Source: Octopus vulgaris
Lineage: Eukaryota
Direction: 5' to 3'
DNA length: 64,000 bases
NCBI GenBank assembly: GCA_951406725.2
Contig: OX597824.1
Span: 75,826,001-75,890,000, forward strand
Notes under the pieces: model-generated
What the model saw: only the letters and a program-made list of their open reading frames with translations
Database searches by the model: none
Told to the model about the DNA's origin: nothing
Translations under genes and position numbers: made by a program
In this document: positions 23,313 through 36,379 of the stretch, one piece after another
Layout of the letters: every line of letters starts with the position of its first letter
Numbering within the stretch: position 1 is the stretch's first letter

Positions 23313-25570
23313 TCTTCTATAATATAAATTGGACATGGGCGTTCGTTGTATTCTTTCTTGTCTTGAGGTTTACAGCCAAACGACTGGGTGGATTCGTGTG
23401 AAAAATGGCACACATATGGAGACGGGTACATAGATTGGAATGCAGTTTGTATTTTTTCCTAGTCCCCTTAGTTACTGAAAAGTAACAATTTTTTATGGAG
23501 AAGGGCTCCTGACTCCTTTTACTGCAGGTAAAGGAGTAAAAAATGAAGATATTTTCACTTGTCCGGGCATTGCTATTGCAGACAAATTAACAACAATTCG
23601 ACTAGAGAGATAAACACAAACCACCTCGTGCTGACTGCAAAACTCTAGCCAAATTAGCCGGGAAAACTCACACACACATGTCCATTTCATATATCTTCTT
23701 TCAATTTCTACTTTCTTGGATGCTCCCGGCAGAACCAGAAAAACTTTTTTCATGAACCTCCTGCTTACCAAAATTTGCCAGGAAAATTGGATTGCCATAG
23801 CAGTTGCATCCAGCGGCATTGTGGCAACTCTACTGCATGGCAGTCATACAGCACACCCAGCCTTCAAATTACCACTAGACTTGACCTAACAGGAAAATCC
23901 AAATTGCAATGTTAGTCATGGCTCAGCCATGGGAAATCTTACTGAGTGCCGCCTTATCATTTGGGATAAGGCAACCATGAGTCATAAGGCGGCTTCTGAG
24001 GTGCTTGATTGGTCTCTTCAAGACCTGAGACGCAATATGAGAATGATGGGTCGAGTGACTGTTCTGCTTGCTGGCAACTTCCGACAAACTCTACCTGTCA
24101 TTCCACGAGGAACAAGAGCTGACGAGGTAAATGCTTCCATAAAATCATCCTACTTATGGCACCACATCGAGAAACTTCACCTGACTACGAACATGAGAGT
24201 TCACATGCATGGCGACGAAAACATGGCCACATTCTCGGCGCAGCTTCTCAATGTTGGTAATGGAACTGGAGCTGGTGATACTGATGGTTTCATTCATTTA
24301 CCATTTGGTAACTTTGTACCTACCGTGGATGATTTGGTTTCTTCAGTTTTTCCTGATATTGCAAACCAAAGACTTGACACAACTTGCCCACAAGGATGAG
24401 CAATTTTGGTGCCTCACAATAAAACAGTCACCGCTATCAATAATAAACTTCTCAATCTGCTTCCTGGAGAAAAACTCTCCTTCAAGTCCATTGACACGCA
24501 TGATAATCCAGATGATATGACTGTTTCCACAACTGAATTCCTTAATTCCCAAATGCCTGCAAGACTTCCACCTCACAAACTCCATCTTAAGGTTGACGCA
24601 CCCTTCATGCTGCTGCGGAATTTGGATGCTCCAATAATGTGTAAAGGCACACGGATGATAATCAAAAAATTATACTCCCGAGTTCTGCAGGCAACCATCT
24701 TGAATGGACCGGCTGCTGGTCAAGATGTTCTTATAACTCCAATGTCCTTCACTCCCTCCGATGTGATCTACAAGTTTAAGCAGCTTCAATTTCCTATTAA
24801 ACTCTCCTTTGCAATGACAATAAATAAGGCACAGGGTCAATCATTGCAAATGGTTGGTTTAAATTTCACAGAACAAGTGTTCTCCCACGGTCAACTTTAC
24901 GTTGGATGCTCCTTTTTTGGCAGGCCACAAAGTCTATACATTTGTAAATCAGAAGGGAGAATGAGAAACGTTGCCTACAAAGAAGTGCTCCACTGAAAAG
25001 ATGGCATTTCTTCACATCCTTCAAATCACCCCAGTCATCTGCCGCCTCAAAAGCTTCATAGTCGCAGTGTCAGCCAATGTAACTCAATGACACACCTTCA
25101 CTCACTCACTCTATCTCTCTTTCTCACCCTCTTTCTCTCTCACATACACACGTGCAAGCACGCACGCACGCACACACACACACATACACACACACGTCCA
25201 TTTCATATATCTTCTTTCAATTTCTGCTCTCTGCAAACGAAATTTTTACGGATACAACTGCTTACAAAAATAGGGATGAATGTATAATTTCTTTCTATGT
25301 TCATAATTAAATCAATGTTTTAATGATTAGACAGAGGTCCAATAGAAAAGCTCTCAGAAACAGACTACGTACAAATTCGTTCTTCACAACTCCTGAAGCT
25401 GTTTTCTGACAATGGTGGGGGAAGAAATTTTCATACAGCTGAAGGCTCCACTCGAAACAGGGGACCCGAAATGATAAGGTTGAGAAATACCATTATAGAT
25501 TATGCCTAACCAAAGATGATCACAGCCACATCATTCAAACAGACCAGGTGAAACCGGGCTTAACTGCTAG
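23313..25570 (+). mobile_element. Internally deleted Helitron carrying a Pif1-family helicase relic
   Basis: 5' A|TCTTCTATAATATAAA; 3' degenerate hairpin CCAGGTGAAACCGGG then CTTAACTGCTAG|T; helicase motifs inside; no Rep domain seen. Confidence 0.85.
23712..24996 (+). pseudogene. Helitron Pif1-like SF1 helicase pseudogene
   Basis: FLDAPGRTRKTF (decayed Walker A), AVASSGIVATLL, LIIWDKATM, LLAGNFRQTLPVIPRG, LTTNMRV, QFPIKLSFAMTINKAQGQSL, FSHGQLYVGCS. In-frame stops near 23888 and 24397. Confidence 0.9.
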
Positions 25571-26329
25571 TAAAATATAAATATAAATAAATAAATATAA
25601 ATACCATATTGTATTATATTATACCACGATTATTATGGAGAGAAGTTACAAACCCTTTCTCAATCCTTAGAAATGACACCGGTATATATGAGGGTATATA
25701 GATATATAAAATACAATAATGTAATATAAAATACAATAATGTAATAATAAATAAAATAAAGTAAAAATGAATAAATGAAAAAATATTTGTATAAAATTTC
25801 AATAAAGGATTTATAAAATGAAAAAAATAGAAATAAAGGTAAAATTCTTACGTTGCGAATGCCATAAAATGTATACCGGATATAAAGAGAGATAAAAGAT
25901 AAAAAATAAGGATAAGTCAAGGTATTCATAACGAAAGCTAATTAAAGAAATATATAAAATAAGATAAAGATATCATTGGAAATGGTTTTATAAAATAATT
26001 GTAAGATATATTATCACAGGCACAGATGAGTGAAAAATCATAACAGTTCACAGGAGGCATATAATATACTTAAGGGAGGCGTAAAATCTGGTAATCCAAT
26101 GTAAACACACATATTATGACTGATAGGGAAGAAAGTCTTAGAAACGATGGGGAAATAGTGTAATCTAAGTATAGTAGGAATGCAAATTAAACAGGTAGGG
26201 GTTATAAGAGGGCAATATTATGTATAATTCCATACAAAAGATATGACACCCCAGATAATTCTGCCACCAAATCATAATATGATATATATAATATTGTTTC
26301 TAAAGTATTTGAAGGTATGGGTGATCCTA

Positions 26330-26700
26330 TGTGCACAAGATACTCAAAGGTCTAATCTATAATTAATTAGATTATTCTTATCTCTATACTTAAAAATTTA
26401 ATAAGTTTCCATACAACATAGTTTGCATCCATATTGACTATCCATGTTCTATATCCCATTTAAGGCTAAATTTACTATTGCTATCCTTAAGTTCCCAGAT
26501 TTTACTAGATAATGATGTACTGTTGGTTTTATGTCTAAGTCTAAAAGATGAAAAATGGTTATTAACGCACTTCTTCATATTTATCAAGCACCTGATGCTT
26601 CAGTCATTACTGCACATTAGTAAACAACATTTTGAGTTAAACAACGACCTAATAATGGGCATTGGGATATTACCCTACAATTGCAGCTGGGGATATTATT
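26330..26700 (-). pseudogene. Penelope-like GIY-YIG endonuclease remnant
   Basis: PSCNCRVISQCPLLGRCLTQNVVY, then VNNHFSSFRLRHKTNSTSLSSKIWELKDSNSKFSLKWDI and CKLC. Confidence 0.8.
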
Positions 26701-26712
26701 GCTATTATTATT

Positions 26713-27267
26713 GAGTGAGAGAGCAGTGCATGCCATCAAAGTGACATTGGGGTAAAATAAACAAAGCTCAGTATACCCATCATGATTACCCGTCTGATAA
26801 GGGTACACCAGTGACATGCATCACAACCATATGTGCACGTCATGGTGATCTCATATCAAGATAAACAGTGCATGACCTTGCAAGTGGGGCCCAGTTAGAA
26901 TTTTCTTCAGATCAAGTAGCCCATCCTGCTCAAAAGATCCCTGAATTAGGATTGTTGAAGGATGTTAAATGAAACACCCATGTTTCCAAATGCGAATTAC
27001 CCAAACTGCAAAGAATTCCTCTCAACACATGGCTATGATGCTCCCCCACTACTTCTGCTCATGCTCAGAGATGCACATATCGTCAGCCACTAAGGGACAT
27101 GCTCAACTGGTTAAGGTCAAACAACTGACAAGCAAATCTGTGGTACTGAGCAGAATATCTTCTATAGCCCATCTTTTATACCAAGACAAAACAATGTACA
27201 GAATAATATTTCTAATCAGTTGAGATCAGAAGCCACGAGAGCCACTACCTGGTACTACATCAGGGCA

Positions 27268-27322
<55 letters not shown>

Positions 27323-28458
27323 GCCCTGATGCAGTACTAGGCAGTAGCTCTCATGGTTTCTGATCTTAACTGATTGGAAGTGTTATCATGTACATTGCTT
27401 TGTCTTAATATAAAAGATGGGCTACAGCAAATATTCTGCTCAATACCACAGATTTGCTTGTCAGTTGTTTGACCATGACCAGTTGACCATGTCCTTTAGT
27501 AGCTGACAATATGTGCATCTCTGATCATGAGCAGAAGTAGTGGGGGAGCATCATATCCATGTGTTCAAAGGAATTCTTGGACGTTTGGATAATTCACCTT
27601 TGGAAACATGGGTGTTTCGTTCAACATCCTTAAACAATCCTTATTTAGGGACCATTTCAGCGGGATGGGTTACTCGACCAGAAGAAAATTCTAACTGGGT
27701 CCCACCTGCAAGGTCATGTGCTGTTTATCCTGATATGAGATCACTATGCCACGCACATATGGTTGTGATGCATGTGCCTGGTGTACCCTTATCAGACGGG
27801 TAGTCATGATGGGTATACAGGGCTTCATATATTTTATCCCAGTGTCACTTTGATGGCATGCACTGCTCTCTCACTCAATAATAATAATAATAATGATAAT
27901 AATAATGAGCAGAAGTAGTGGGGGAGCATAACTCTCATGGCTTCTGATCTTAACTGATTGGAAGTGTTATCATGTACATTGTTTTGTCTTGGTATAAAAG
28001 ATGGGCTACAGCAAATATTCTGCTCAATACCACAGATTTGCTTGTCAGTTGTTTGACCTTAACCAGTTGAGCATGTCCCTTAGTGGCTGACGATATGTGC
28101 ATCTCTGATCATGAGCAGAAGTAGTGGGGGAGCATCAGCCATGTGTTGAGAAGGATTCTTTGGGGTTTGAATAATTCACCTCTGGAAACATGGGTGTTTC
28201 GTTCAACGTCCTTAAACAACCCTTATTCAGGGATCTTTTGAGCGGGATGAGTTACTCGATCTGAAGAAAATTCTAACTGGGCTCCACCTGCAAGGTCATG
28301 GGCTGTTTATCTTGATATGAGATCACCATGTCGCGCACATATGGTTGTGATGCATGTGCCTGGTGTACCCTTATCAGACGGGTAGTCATGATGGGTATAC
28401 TGGGCTTCGTATATTTTACCCCAGTGTCACTTTGATGGCATGCACTGCTCTCTCACTC
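26713..28458. mobile_element. Cluster of three copies of the ~550-bp (TAA)n-associated retroposon (26713-27267 minus; 27323-27876 and 27932-28458 plus)
   Basis: Direct sequence similarity to 5268-5805; copies separated by TAT/AAT tracts. Confidence 0.85.
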
Positions 28459-28504
<46 letters not shown>

Positions 28505-29006
28505 TATTAATTCTATCACAATAGTATCACTCAAATTTGTTGTAGTATTATCAGGTGTTGTATCAATAATGCTTGAGTTATTATATCTTGTGGTATTATT
28601 GTTTATATCAGTTTTATTGTTTTGGCTTCCTACATAACTACTATTATGAAACAGCTGTAATGCACTGATACCTGGACATCTTTGTTACTTATTAGCTTTT
28701 TATTCATCTAACTTCAAGCTGTGTGGACCAAACAGGAGTGATTTGGTGCCTCAACTTAAGTCCCTAATTCAACTAAATCTTAATGATTTCATAACTTGTC
28801 AACACCCACCCCCCACACGTGTGTATGTTTGTCGTAGGGAGGGAGCCTGTCTCCCTTGTCAGCTTTTAGAAAAGTGCTCTCATGTAGCTCAGAGTTGTTT
28901 TGACTCTTATTTCTAGCAATGCTGGTGCTTACAAGCACCCTCTATCACTTTAGTGACAACTGTACTTGTTGCCAATTGGTTCCAAATTGTGAATAGCCAC
29001 CTTAAT

Positions 29007-29041
<35 letters not shown>

Positions 29042-29636
29042 CTTTATCTTTAGCCCTATAGAAATACACACATTGACCTATGTGTAAGTTCTGATACCCA
29101 TATATGTTTATTTGTTAGTTGTTAGCTGTTTATCTCTTAATATATTTCCCACCAAACGTAAGGTCATGACCCTTTTTGTATTTCTATTATTAATGTCCTG
29201 GCTGCACCCACCTAAATCTAACTCATACAAAACACACCTTCTTTGCATTGTCTGTTTCTTTATATTTGGTCTTTTCTATGTCTTTCACTTTCTCTCTCTT
29301 CCTCTCACTCTGACTCCTACATTTTTCTTTCTTAAGTACACACTTGGTTTTGTCTTTTTTTCTCTTGTTTTTTTTTTACTCTCTCAATCTTGCTTTTGTT
29401 TGTTTTGCTCACTGTTTATTTCCCTCTGGACATATAAAAACCTCTTGCCATCAGCCAATCTTTCAGTTACAGGTCTGTGTAACATAATGGAATATAGTGT
29501 TGACCTCATGAACTTGTGACTCACCATACACTTGTACATAGAACATCCACTGCAGAGGATACAAATAACCACAATGGTGAAACATATGGAGAGAGAGCAA
29601 CTGATATAAACTTGTGTTTATGATATATACATATGT

Positions 29637-30062
29637 CACAGGAGTGACTGTGTGGTAAGTAACTTGCTTGCCAACCACATGGTTCCGGGTTCAGTCCCAC
29701 TGTATGGCACCTTCGACTAGTATCTTTTGCTATAGCCTCAGGCTGATCAAAGCCTCGTGAGTGGATTTGGTAGATGACACTGAAAAAAGCCCATTGTATA
29801 TATATGTATATATATATATATATGCATGTATGTGTGTATGTGTTTATGTGTCTGTGTTTGTTCCCCCAACATTGCTTGACAACCGATGCTGGTGTGTTTA
29901 TGTCTCCGTAACTTAGTGGTGGCACATAAGAAGCACTCACTACACTCTCAGAGTGGTTGGCATTAGGATTGGAGCCCGTTGTAGCCTCCTGGCTTGCCAG
30001 TTCTCAGTCAATTGGTCCAACACATGCCAGCATGGGAAATGGATGTTAAATGATGATGATGA
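29637..30062 (+). mobile_element. SINE family B head fused to an RTE-type tail
   Basis: Family B sequence to ~29920, then ggtggcacataag...gagtggttggcattagga...(gat)n. Confidence 0.65.
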
Positions 30063-30069
30063 CGTAAAG

Positions 30070-31250
30070 GTTTATGTTTTTATTAATTGAAATTTTCATG
30101 TTTCAGGTTCAATATGTGATTGTTTAATCATGCCATGTACAAAAGAAGCCTTGGAACTGTCTGAATTTCAAAGCAACTGTATTGTGGTATTGTGGTCATT
30201 CTGAAGGTGGACATGGTCAGTGTAAATTTGCAGAAAACCTTGGGATCCTGCTAATAGAGTGATTGTGCAATTCACCAGAGAGGGGAAAGAGTAGAAATCA
30301 CTTCACCCAGATCATCCAGGGCCCTCTGACAGGACTTCTTTGCTAAGAGAAGTGTGGAGGATAATCCTCAATGCAAGACCTCTGGCATAGCAGAACAAGT
30401 TGATGCCAGTCTCAGAACAGCTGTCAGGTATCTCCACAAACTTTGTTACTATTGCAGAGCAGCAAGAAGGGTGCCACTTTTTCAACCAGCAAACATCAAA
30501 CAGAGAAAAGATTGGGCCAGTGAGATGGTGGAGAGGCCACTAGCATTTTGGGACACTGTCATGTTCTCTGATGAGTCCAGATTTGCTGTATTTCATGACA
30601 GTGGTTGAGTGTGGGTCTGGAGACTCTGTGATCAAGAATTTGATGTGAAAAGGTTGCAGCCAACAATGAAACATGGCAGGTATTCTGTGATGGTCTGGGG
30701 AGCAATTTAGAGCAATGGTTGATCAGAGCTGGTGGAATGTGAGGGAAACATAAACTCAGATATAAGTCCATACTGCAGAAAGGACTCCTTCCAATCTTCT
30801 CCAGGGGTGAAATGATTAGAGAATACTTTATTTATGGAAGATGGGGCTCCTTGTCACACAGCTAAAATGACCCAAGATTTGTTGGATGAGAATGACATTA
30901 AAAAGCTTCCATGGCCAAGCCAGTCACCAGATATGAACCCTATTGAACACCTTTGGGACATAATTGACAGAGCACTTCATAAAAAGATCAAGAAAGCATT
31001 TTCAAAGCCAGATCTTTTGAGTATACTGCAATGAAAGAAGTATACTACAATGAATTCCACAAGAGAATATTTGGCATCTTATCAGTAATATGCCTAATAG
31101 AGCCCTTGCAATATAAATGCAATGGACATGTCTACTAAATATGAAATATTCACATTGTAACAATTAATAAATAAGCTGAATGTATAATATCAGATTTAAA
31201 TAAATTTTAATGATTATAAGGGTGTATATTTACTTATATAAATGCTTTGT
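30070..31250 (+). mobile_element. Degenerate Tc1-family transposon
   Basis: WDTVMFSDESRF, VMVWGA, MEDGAPCHTAK...LPWPSQSPDMNPIEHLW; stops and frameshifts. Confidence 0.85.
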
Positions 31251-31277
31251 GTGTGTGTGAGTGTGTCTATATATATA

Positions 31278-32128
31278 TAGGGTGCAATGGTAAATTTTTA
31301 ATTTCGCACATGCATATTGTTTTGAATTTTGATAACTACACAGTATAGTAGAATCAGTTAGGCACCATCTGTGGGAAAAACAACACCATGATGCAATTCA
31401 CTCTGCCAGAAATTTGGAAACAACATACTGTACTGCTTGGTATTCATGACGGAAGCTCCAATATGAACATTTCAGAGTGTTTGGGTGTCAATCTGAGAAT
31501 AGTGCAATCTGCGGACATGTAGCAAGAGTGATAAAAATCAAACAGCCAACATCACGGTGTTTGAAGTAATCACTAGTGATGGCGACATTATACCTCCGTT
31601 CATCTTCTCACATGGCCTCAGACTCAACATGGAGGCCTACATCATGTGCCTGGAAGAGGTAGTGCTGCCCTGAATCAAGAGGGTGGTTGCTGGAATACCC
31701 TATGTCTGGCAGCAGGACTGTGCACCATACTACACAAGCAGGAGAACCCAGACATGGCTGTCAGAAAATTTCTGTGACCACGTCATCCCTAACATCTGGC
31801 CACCTAACTCCCCAGACTGCAGCCCATTTGATTATTGTGTTGGGTGTAGTTGAATGAGAGACTAGCAAAACTCCTTGTAACACCAAAGGTGAACTGAAGG
31901 CAAGGATTATGGCAGCATTCACCAACTTAAACAAGGAGATTGTCCAGAAGAGTTGTAGGAGATTCTAAAGCTTTGATTGAAGCCAATGGCAATTTTATTG
32001 AATAAATTTACTCTTTAGTATTTCAAGACATTTTTATGTAATTTTGGTAAATATATCTGCTAAAATGCAATGTCAGTGTTATTTTCATTTTAGCATAATT
32101 TAGATGACAGTTTATTCGCTGGACCCTG
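31278..32128 (+). mobile_element. Internally deleted maT-type (DD37D) Tc1/mariner element
   Basis: QQD-CAPY...WPPNSPDCSPF-DY has 37 residues between the Ds; ends ...GGACCCTG|TA. Confidence 0.8.
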
Positions 32129-32139
32129 TATGTATATCA

Positions 32140-32340
32140 TATCATATGGATGAGAAGAGCAGCATAAAAAAAGGTGTTGGTTGTTTAAAAATGGATGGAA
32201 CTTGTGGAGGAGGGAAATTCAGGAAGACATGGGACAAAGCAGTGAAGGTGGGTCTCAAGATGTTGATCCCCACAGAGATGACAAATGACTGAGATGATTG
32301 TTGATTTGTTGGGCTTGAGAAGACCCGTCCATCACAACAA
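32140..32340 (+). mobile_element. RTE LINE C-terminal fragment
   Basis: MDGTCGGGKFRKTWDKAVKVGLKML...EMTND. Confidence 0.6.
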
Positions 32341-32632
32341 AAATGATATCCTGAAAGCATTCTGTGAGGCTACTAACATACTCTGGTCCATCAAAATTTC
32401 CCTTATAGCTCATTCCCCTAAAGACTGCTTAAGAGCAGAATTGGCACACATTTTGGTCCCCACCTTCCTTTGTTCAACCAGTTAGTTACCTCACTCTTAT
32501 CTTCACTGAATGTTCCTTCTCTTGTTCTTGTTGTCCTCCTTTTCTTTCCTACAATATTCTCATAGAACATCTCCATTCTGATATCTCTATCTCTCTTCTC
32601 AACCATACTCCATCTTATTATCTTGCATATCT

Positions 32633-32851
32633 ATTTCTTTACTACACACAGGGGCTAAACACAGAGAGGACAAACAAGGACAGACAAACGGATTAAGTGG
32701 ACCCCAGTGCGTATTTGGTACTTAATTTATCAACCCCAAAAGGATGAAAGGCAAAGTTGACCTCGGCAGAATTTGAACTCAGAATGTAATGGCAGACGAA
32801 ATATGGCTATGCATTTCGCCCAGCATGCTAACGGTTCTGCCAGCTCACAGC
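32633..32851 (-). mobile_element. SINE family A flanked by an ~87-bp direct duplication
   Basis: Flanks 32544-32632 and 32852-32940 are direct repeats. Confidence 0.8.
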
Positions 32852-33852
32852 CTTTCCTACAATATTCTCATTGAACATCACCATTCTGATATCTCTATCT
32901 CTCTTCTCTACCATACTCCATCTTACCACCTTGCATATCTGCTCTCATTCTCATCACACTCTCATATCTGCAGGTCATGCTCCACTTACTCTACATACCC
33001 TTATGTACCCCACTCCTTCATTCTTCCCACCACCCCAGAAATTTAGCTTCTGTCCTCCTTTCCCAGTCACTGTTATCTCTCTCACCTCCCCCACACTGAT
33101 ATTTCCCACCAACCACACCTTCACTTTTGCCTGTCATTCAATACATTCCCATCTGCTCCTATCTCTAAACCATTTGTTACTCTCCTTTCACACTCTTTTG
33201 AAACTAATCATCCCCCCTCTCCTCCCACCCCGTCCCCTGACCCATTGTCCCTGTCCTGTCTTATACTCACCATCTTGTACCTTGAGATTACTCTGGCTCC
33301 CTATCACTACTGTCTTTGTCTTCATCTTCTTCCCCATTACTACTACTCACCCTTCCTTGTACAATTTGGGACAGCCATGTATCTCCTCTATGGCAAGACA
33401 CCTGCCCTTGTCTCTCTTTGACATTTTAGCCTTTCAGCACCTGGCATAAATCCACCTCCCTCTCCCTACCAACTTAGTCACAGAGGCTTTTCTCCTTTCT
33501 GTTCTGTCTCACAACTTACTTGGCAACCATACTAGTGTTTGTTGGATTAGATTAGCCTGGAGTTAAATGGCAACAGCAACAATTTATTACAGATTAAATT
33601 TTCTTTTCTTTACTCTTTACCAGAGAAAAAAAAAAGTTATCTATGCTTGACATAAAGGTTTCTTTGTTTGATTTTTCATCCAGTCTGTTTCACTTGACTT
33701 CCATGGTCAAGGTCAGGGGTTGTTGCTGGTGTTGTTTTATACTAGTGGTTTTCAACCTGGGTCCATGTGAACCCTGGGGATCCATGCAAAGCAAAATAAT
33801 AAAGTGGGAATAGGCATATGTATTTTAAGGGTGTATGAAAAAAAAATTAGCT

Positions 33853-34475
33853 TTACTCTTTTACTTGTTTCAGTCATTTGAATGTGGCCATGCTGGAGCA
33901 CCGCCTTTAGTTGAGCAAATCAACCCCAGGACTTATTCTTCATAAGTTTAGTACTTATTCTATTGGTCTCTTTTGCAGAACCGCTAAGTTACAGGGACGT
34001 AAACACACCAGCATCGGCTGTCAAGCGATGTTGTGAGGACAAACAGAGACACACAAACATATACACGCATATATATATATATATATATATATATCTATCG
34101 TTAGCTCCTACATGCAATTTTTTTCTCTCCTTGTTTCTTTTCTGTGTATCTTTCTGTTGAAGAACGTAGGCTCGAAATGTAAAAGACTTGTTTTATTTCT
34201 ATTCCTGAGCACCATACTAATACATTATTTGTTTGTACTCCACCTGCCTTCGTCTTTTGTTTATTTTCATAAACCTTCCTGTTATATATATATATAGATA
34301 TATACATATATACGACAGGCTTCTTTCAGTTTCCGTCTACCAAATCCACTCACAAGGCTTTGGTCGGCCCGAGGCTATAGTAGAAGACATTTGCCCAAGG
34401 TTCCACACAATGGGACTGAACCCAGAAAACATGTGGTTCGTAAGCAAGCTACTTACCACACAGCCACTCCTGTGC
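33853..34475 (-). mobile_element. SINE family B with a PLE-like repeat (34100-34285) nested in its (TA)n linker
   Basis: Both SINE halves match 11158-11541; the insert matches 16884-17058. Confidence 0.8.
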
Positions 34476-34484
34476 CTATAGATA

Positions 34485-36148
34485 CACTTGCGTCGGAAAT
34501 TAATTAGCACTTCTCAAATTTCTACATTTTCTTACATTTTCTTAATTTAATTAACTTATTATCAGAAACGAACTCGTTTTTAATCAAAAATTTATTAAAA
34601 CATATCCCAGCACACCACATAATTGTTATTAATCGTGAAATTTAGTCAATATCTTGTTGCTCCTCCTTTGGCAGCAATGACAGCTGCTATGCGGGTCGGC
34701 ATGCTGTCTATGAGTGCCTGCAGGTACTGTGCAGGGATGGCCTTCCATGCAGCAAGAAGTGCCCCAAACAGCTTGTGTCGGTTCCTGTATTGCTGCACAT
34801 TCAAATCCCTACCCAATCGACTCCAGAGGTTCTCAATAGGGTTCAGGTCAGGTGACTGGCCAGGCCAGTCCATGACCGTCACCCCATGGTCCTTGACGAA
34901 ACTGGTTGTGAGCTTCGCTGTGTGGGAAGGCGCGTTGTCCTGCTGGAGCACGTACTCCTCGCCACCAAAGAGGTATCCCGTACTATCTCAACGTACTTTG
35001 CTGCGTTGATGTTGCCTTCGACGGCATAGAGCCGCCCAACACCACTGTAGCTGAACGCCCCTCACACCATCAGACCACCCCCACCATGCTTCATGGTGGG
35101 AGCAATGCAGTCTTTGTTGAAGCGCTCACCCCTCCGGTGTCGCACATGGACAGGCTTGTCACTGACGAGACTGAATTGCGACTCGTCAGTGAACATCACT
35201 GTCCACTACTGCTGCACAGTCCATGTCTTGTGGGCTGTAAGGAGCAGCCCTACAGGATTTTAGACCAGCTTCCAGTAATCTGGTCTTGACGGTAGTTGTA
35301 GACAACTGCTTCCCTGTCATCTTTTGCATCTCCTCCGCCAGTTGCTGGCTCGTTGCCCTTTGGTTGTACAGTAACTTTCGGATCAGCATCCGGTCCTCCC
35401 GCTGGGTCGTCAGCCTCTTCCGTCCCCTACCCTTTTTGTCAGCTGCTGATCCGGTTTCTTCATATTTCTTAAATAAGCACTGAATTGTGCGCCTGGCTAC
35501 ACCAAGTTTTCTGGCTATTGCAGCCTCCGACAGCTTCCCACGCCACGAGAGAGCCTCTTACCGTCTCTCCAAGATCATGCGAGGTCTTGGGCCCATCTAG
35601 GAATGAACGATAAAAACCAGTTATTTTCATTAAAACTATTCATTTGAATAATGTTATGCTATAACAAAACTGCTATGAGTTATTATTCATTAAACAAAAA
35701 AGAAAGAAAGCAGAATTTCTCACCTTATTTGATGTATAACAGAAAGTTTTGTGAACCGGAAGTGACATCATCAAGCAGAGTGTAGGAGAATTTGTGAGGA
35801 AAAAAAATCTTGCAAATACACAAATCAATTAACCTACGAGCTGTTCAAAACGTCTTACGCGATGAGAAAACTTAGTACGGTGTGATTTCGGTCCTTGCGA
35901 GGCGCTACCTATATCTATTAAACAAAGGAAGATTTGTCTGCATCCGCACTCCAAGTTGTTGTTGCACTGCTATGTCAACATCATTAGGCTGTAGACTCTC
36001 AAACTGCTCTGCAAACAAAGTTACGTCATCGTTCTGCGCAACAGTGAACTCACAACAAAGCAATAGTTCGAGATATGGCCACTAGGTGACAGCAAATACC
36101 TTGAGTGAAGAGCAAATCAAGGGTGCTAATTAATTTCTGATGGTAGTG
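34485..36148 (-). mobile_element. Full-length Tc1 (DD34E) transposon with both TIRs; transposase pseudogene 34646-35596
   Basis: TIRs CACTTGCGTCGGAAATTAATTAGCAC / GTGCTAATTAATTTCTGATGGTAGTG. VMFTDES, and QQD-N...WPGQSPDLNPI-E (34 spacing), GGATRY terminus; frameshifts. Confidence 0.9.
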
Positions 36149-36379
36149 TGTATTAGATATATTTGTTGAAAGTAACAGCTTCGTTTCTTTCTCTAATGTT
36201 TTACACAGTTTAACATAATTCTGGTCACTGAAACGTTCACAGGCAGAGTGCCATTGCAAACTTAAATGAATGAACAAAAAACAAAATAGGAATTTTGAAA
36301 GAAATATTGGATTTAGTCTTTCTCATTTGCAAAAGGATCCTGCTTTAATTTTGCTCAGATTGCTTTTAATTTTTGTGTA

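Noticed and set aside
23929-24996. Host PIF1 helicase gene
   Set aside because: Intronless, disrupted, with decayed Walker A/B motifs, and bounded by Helitron TC/CTAG termini.
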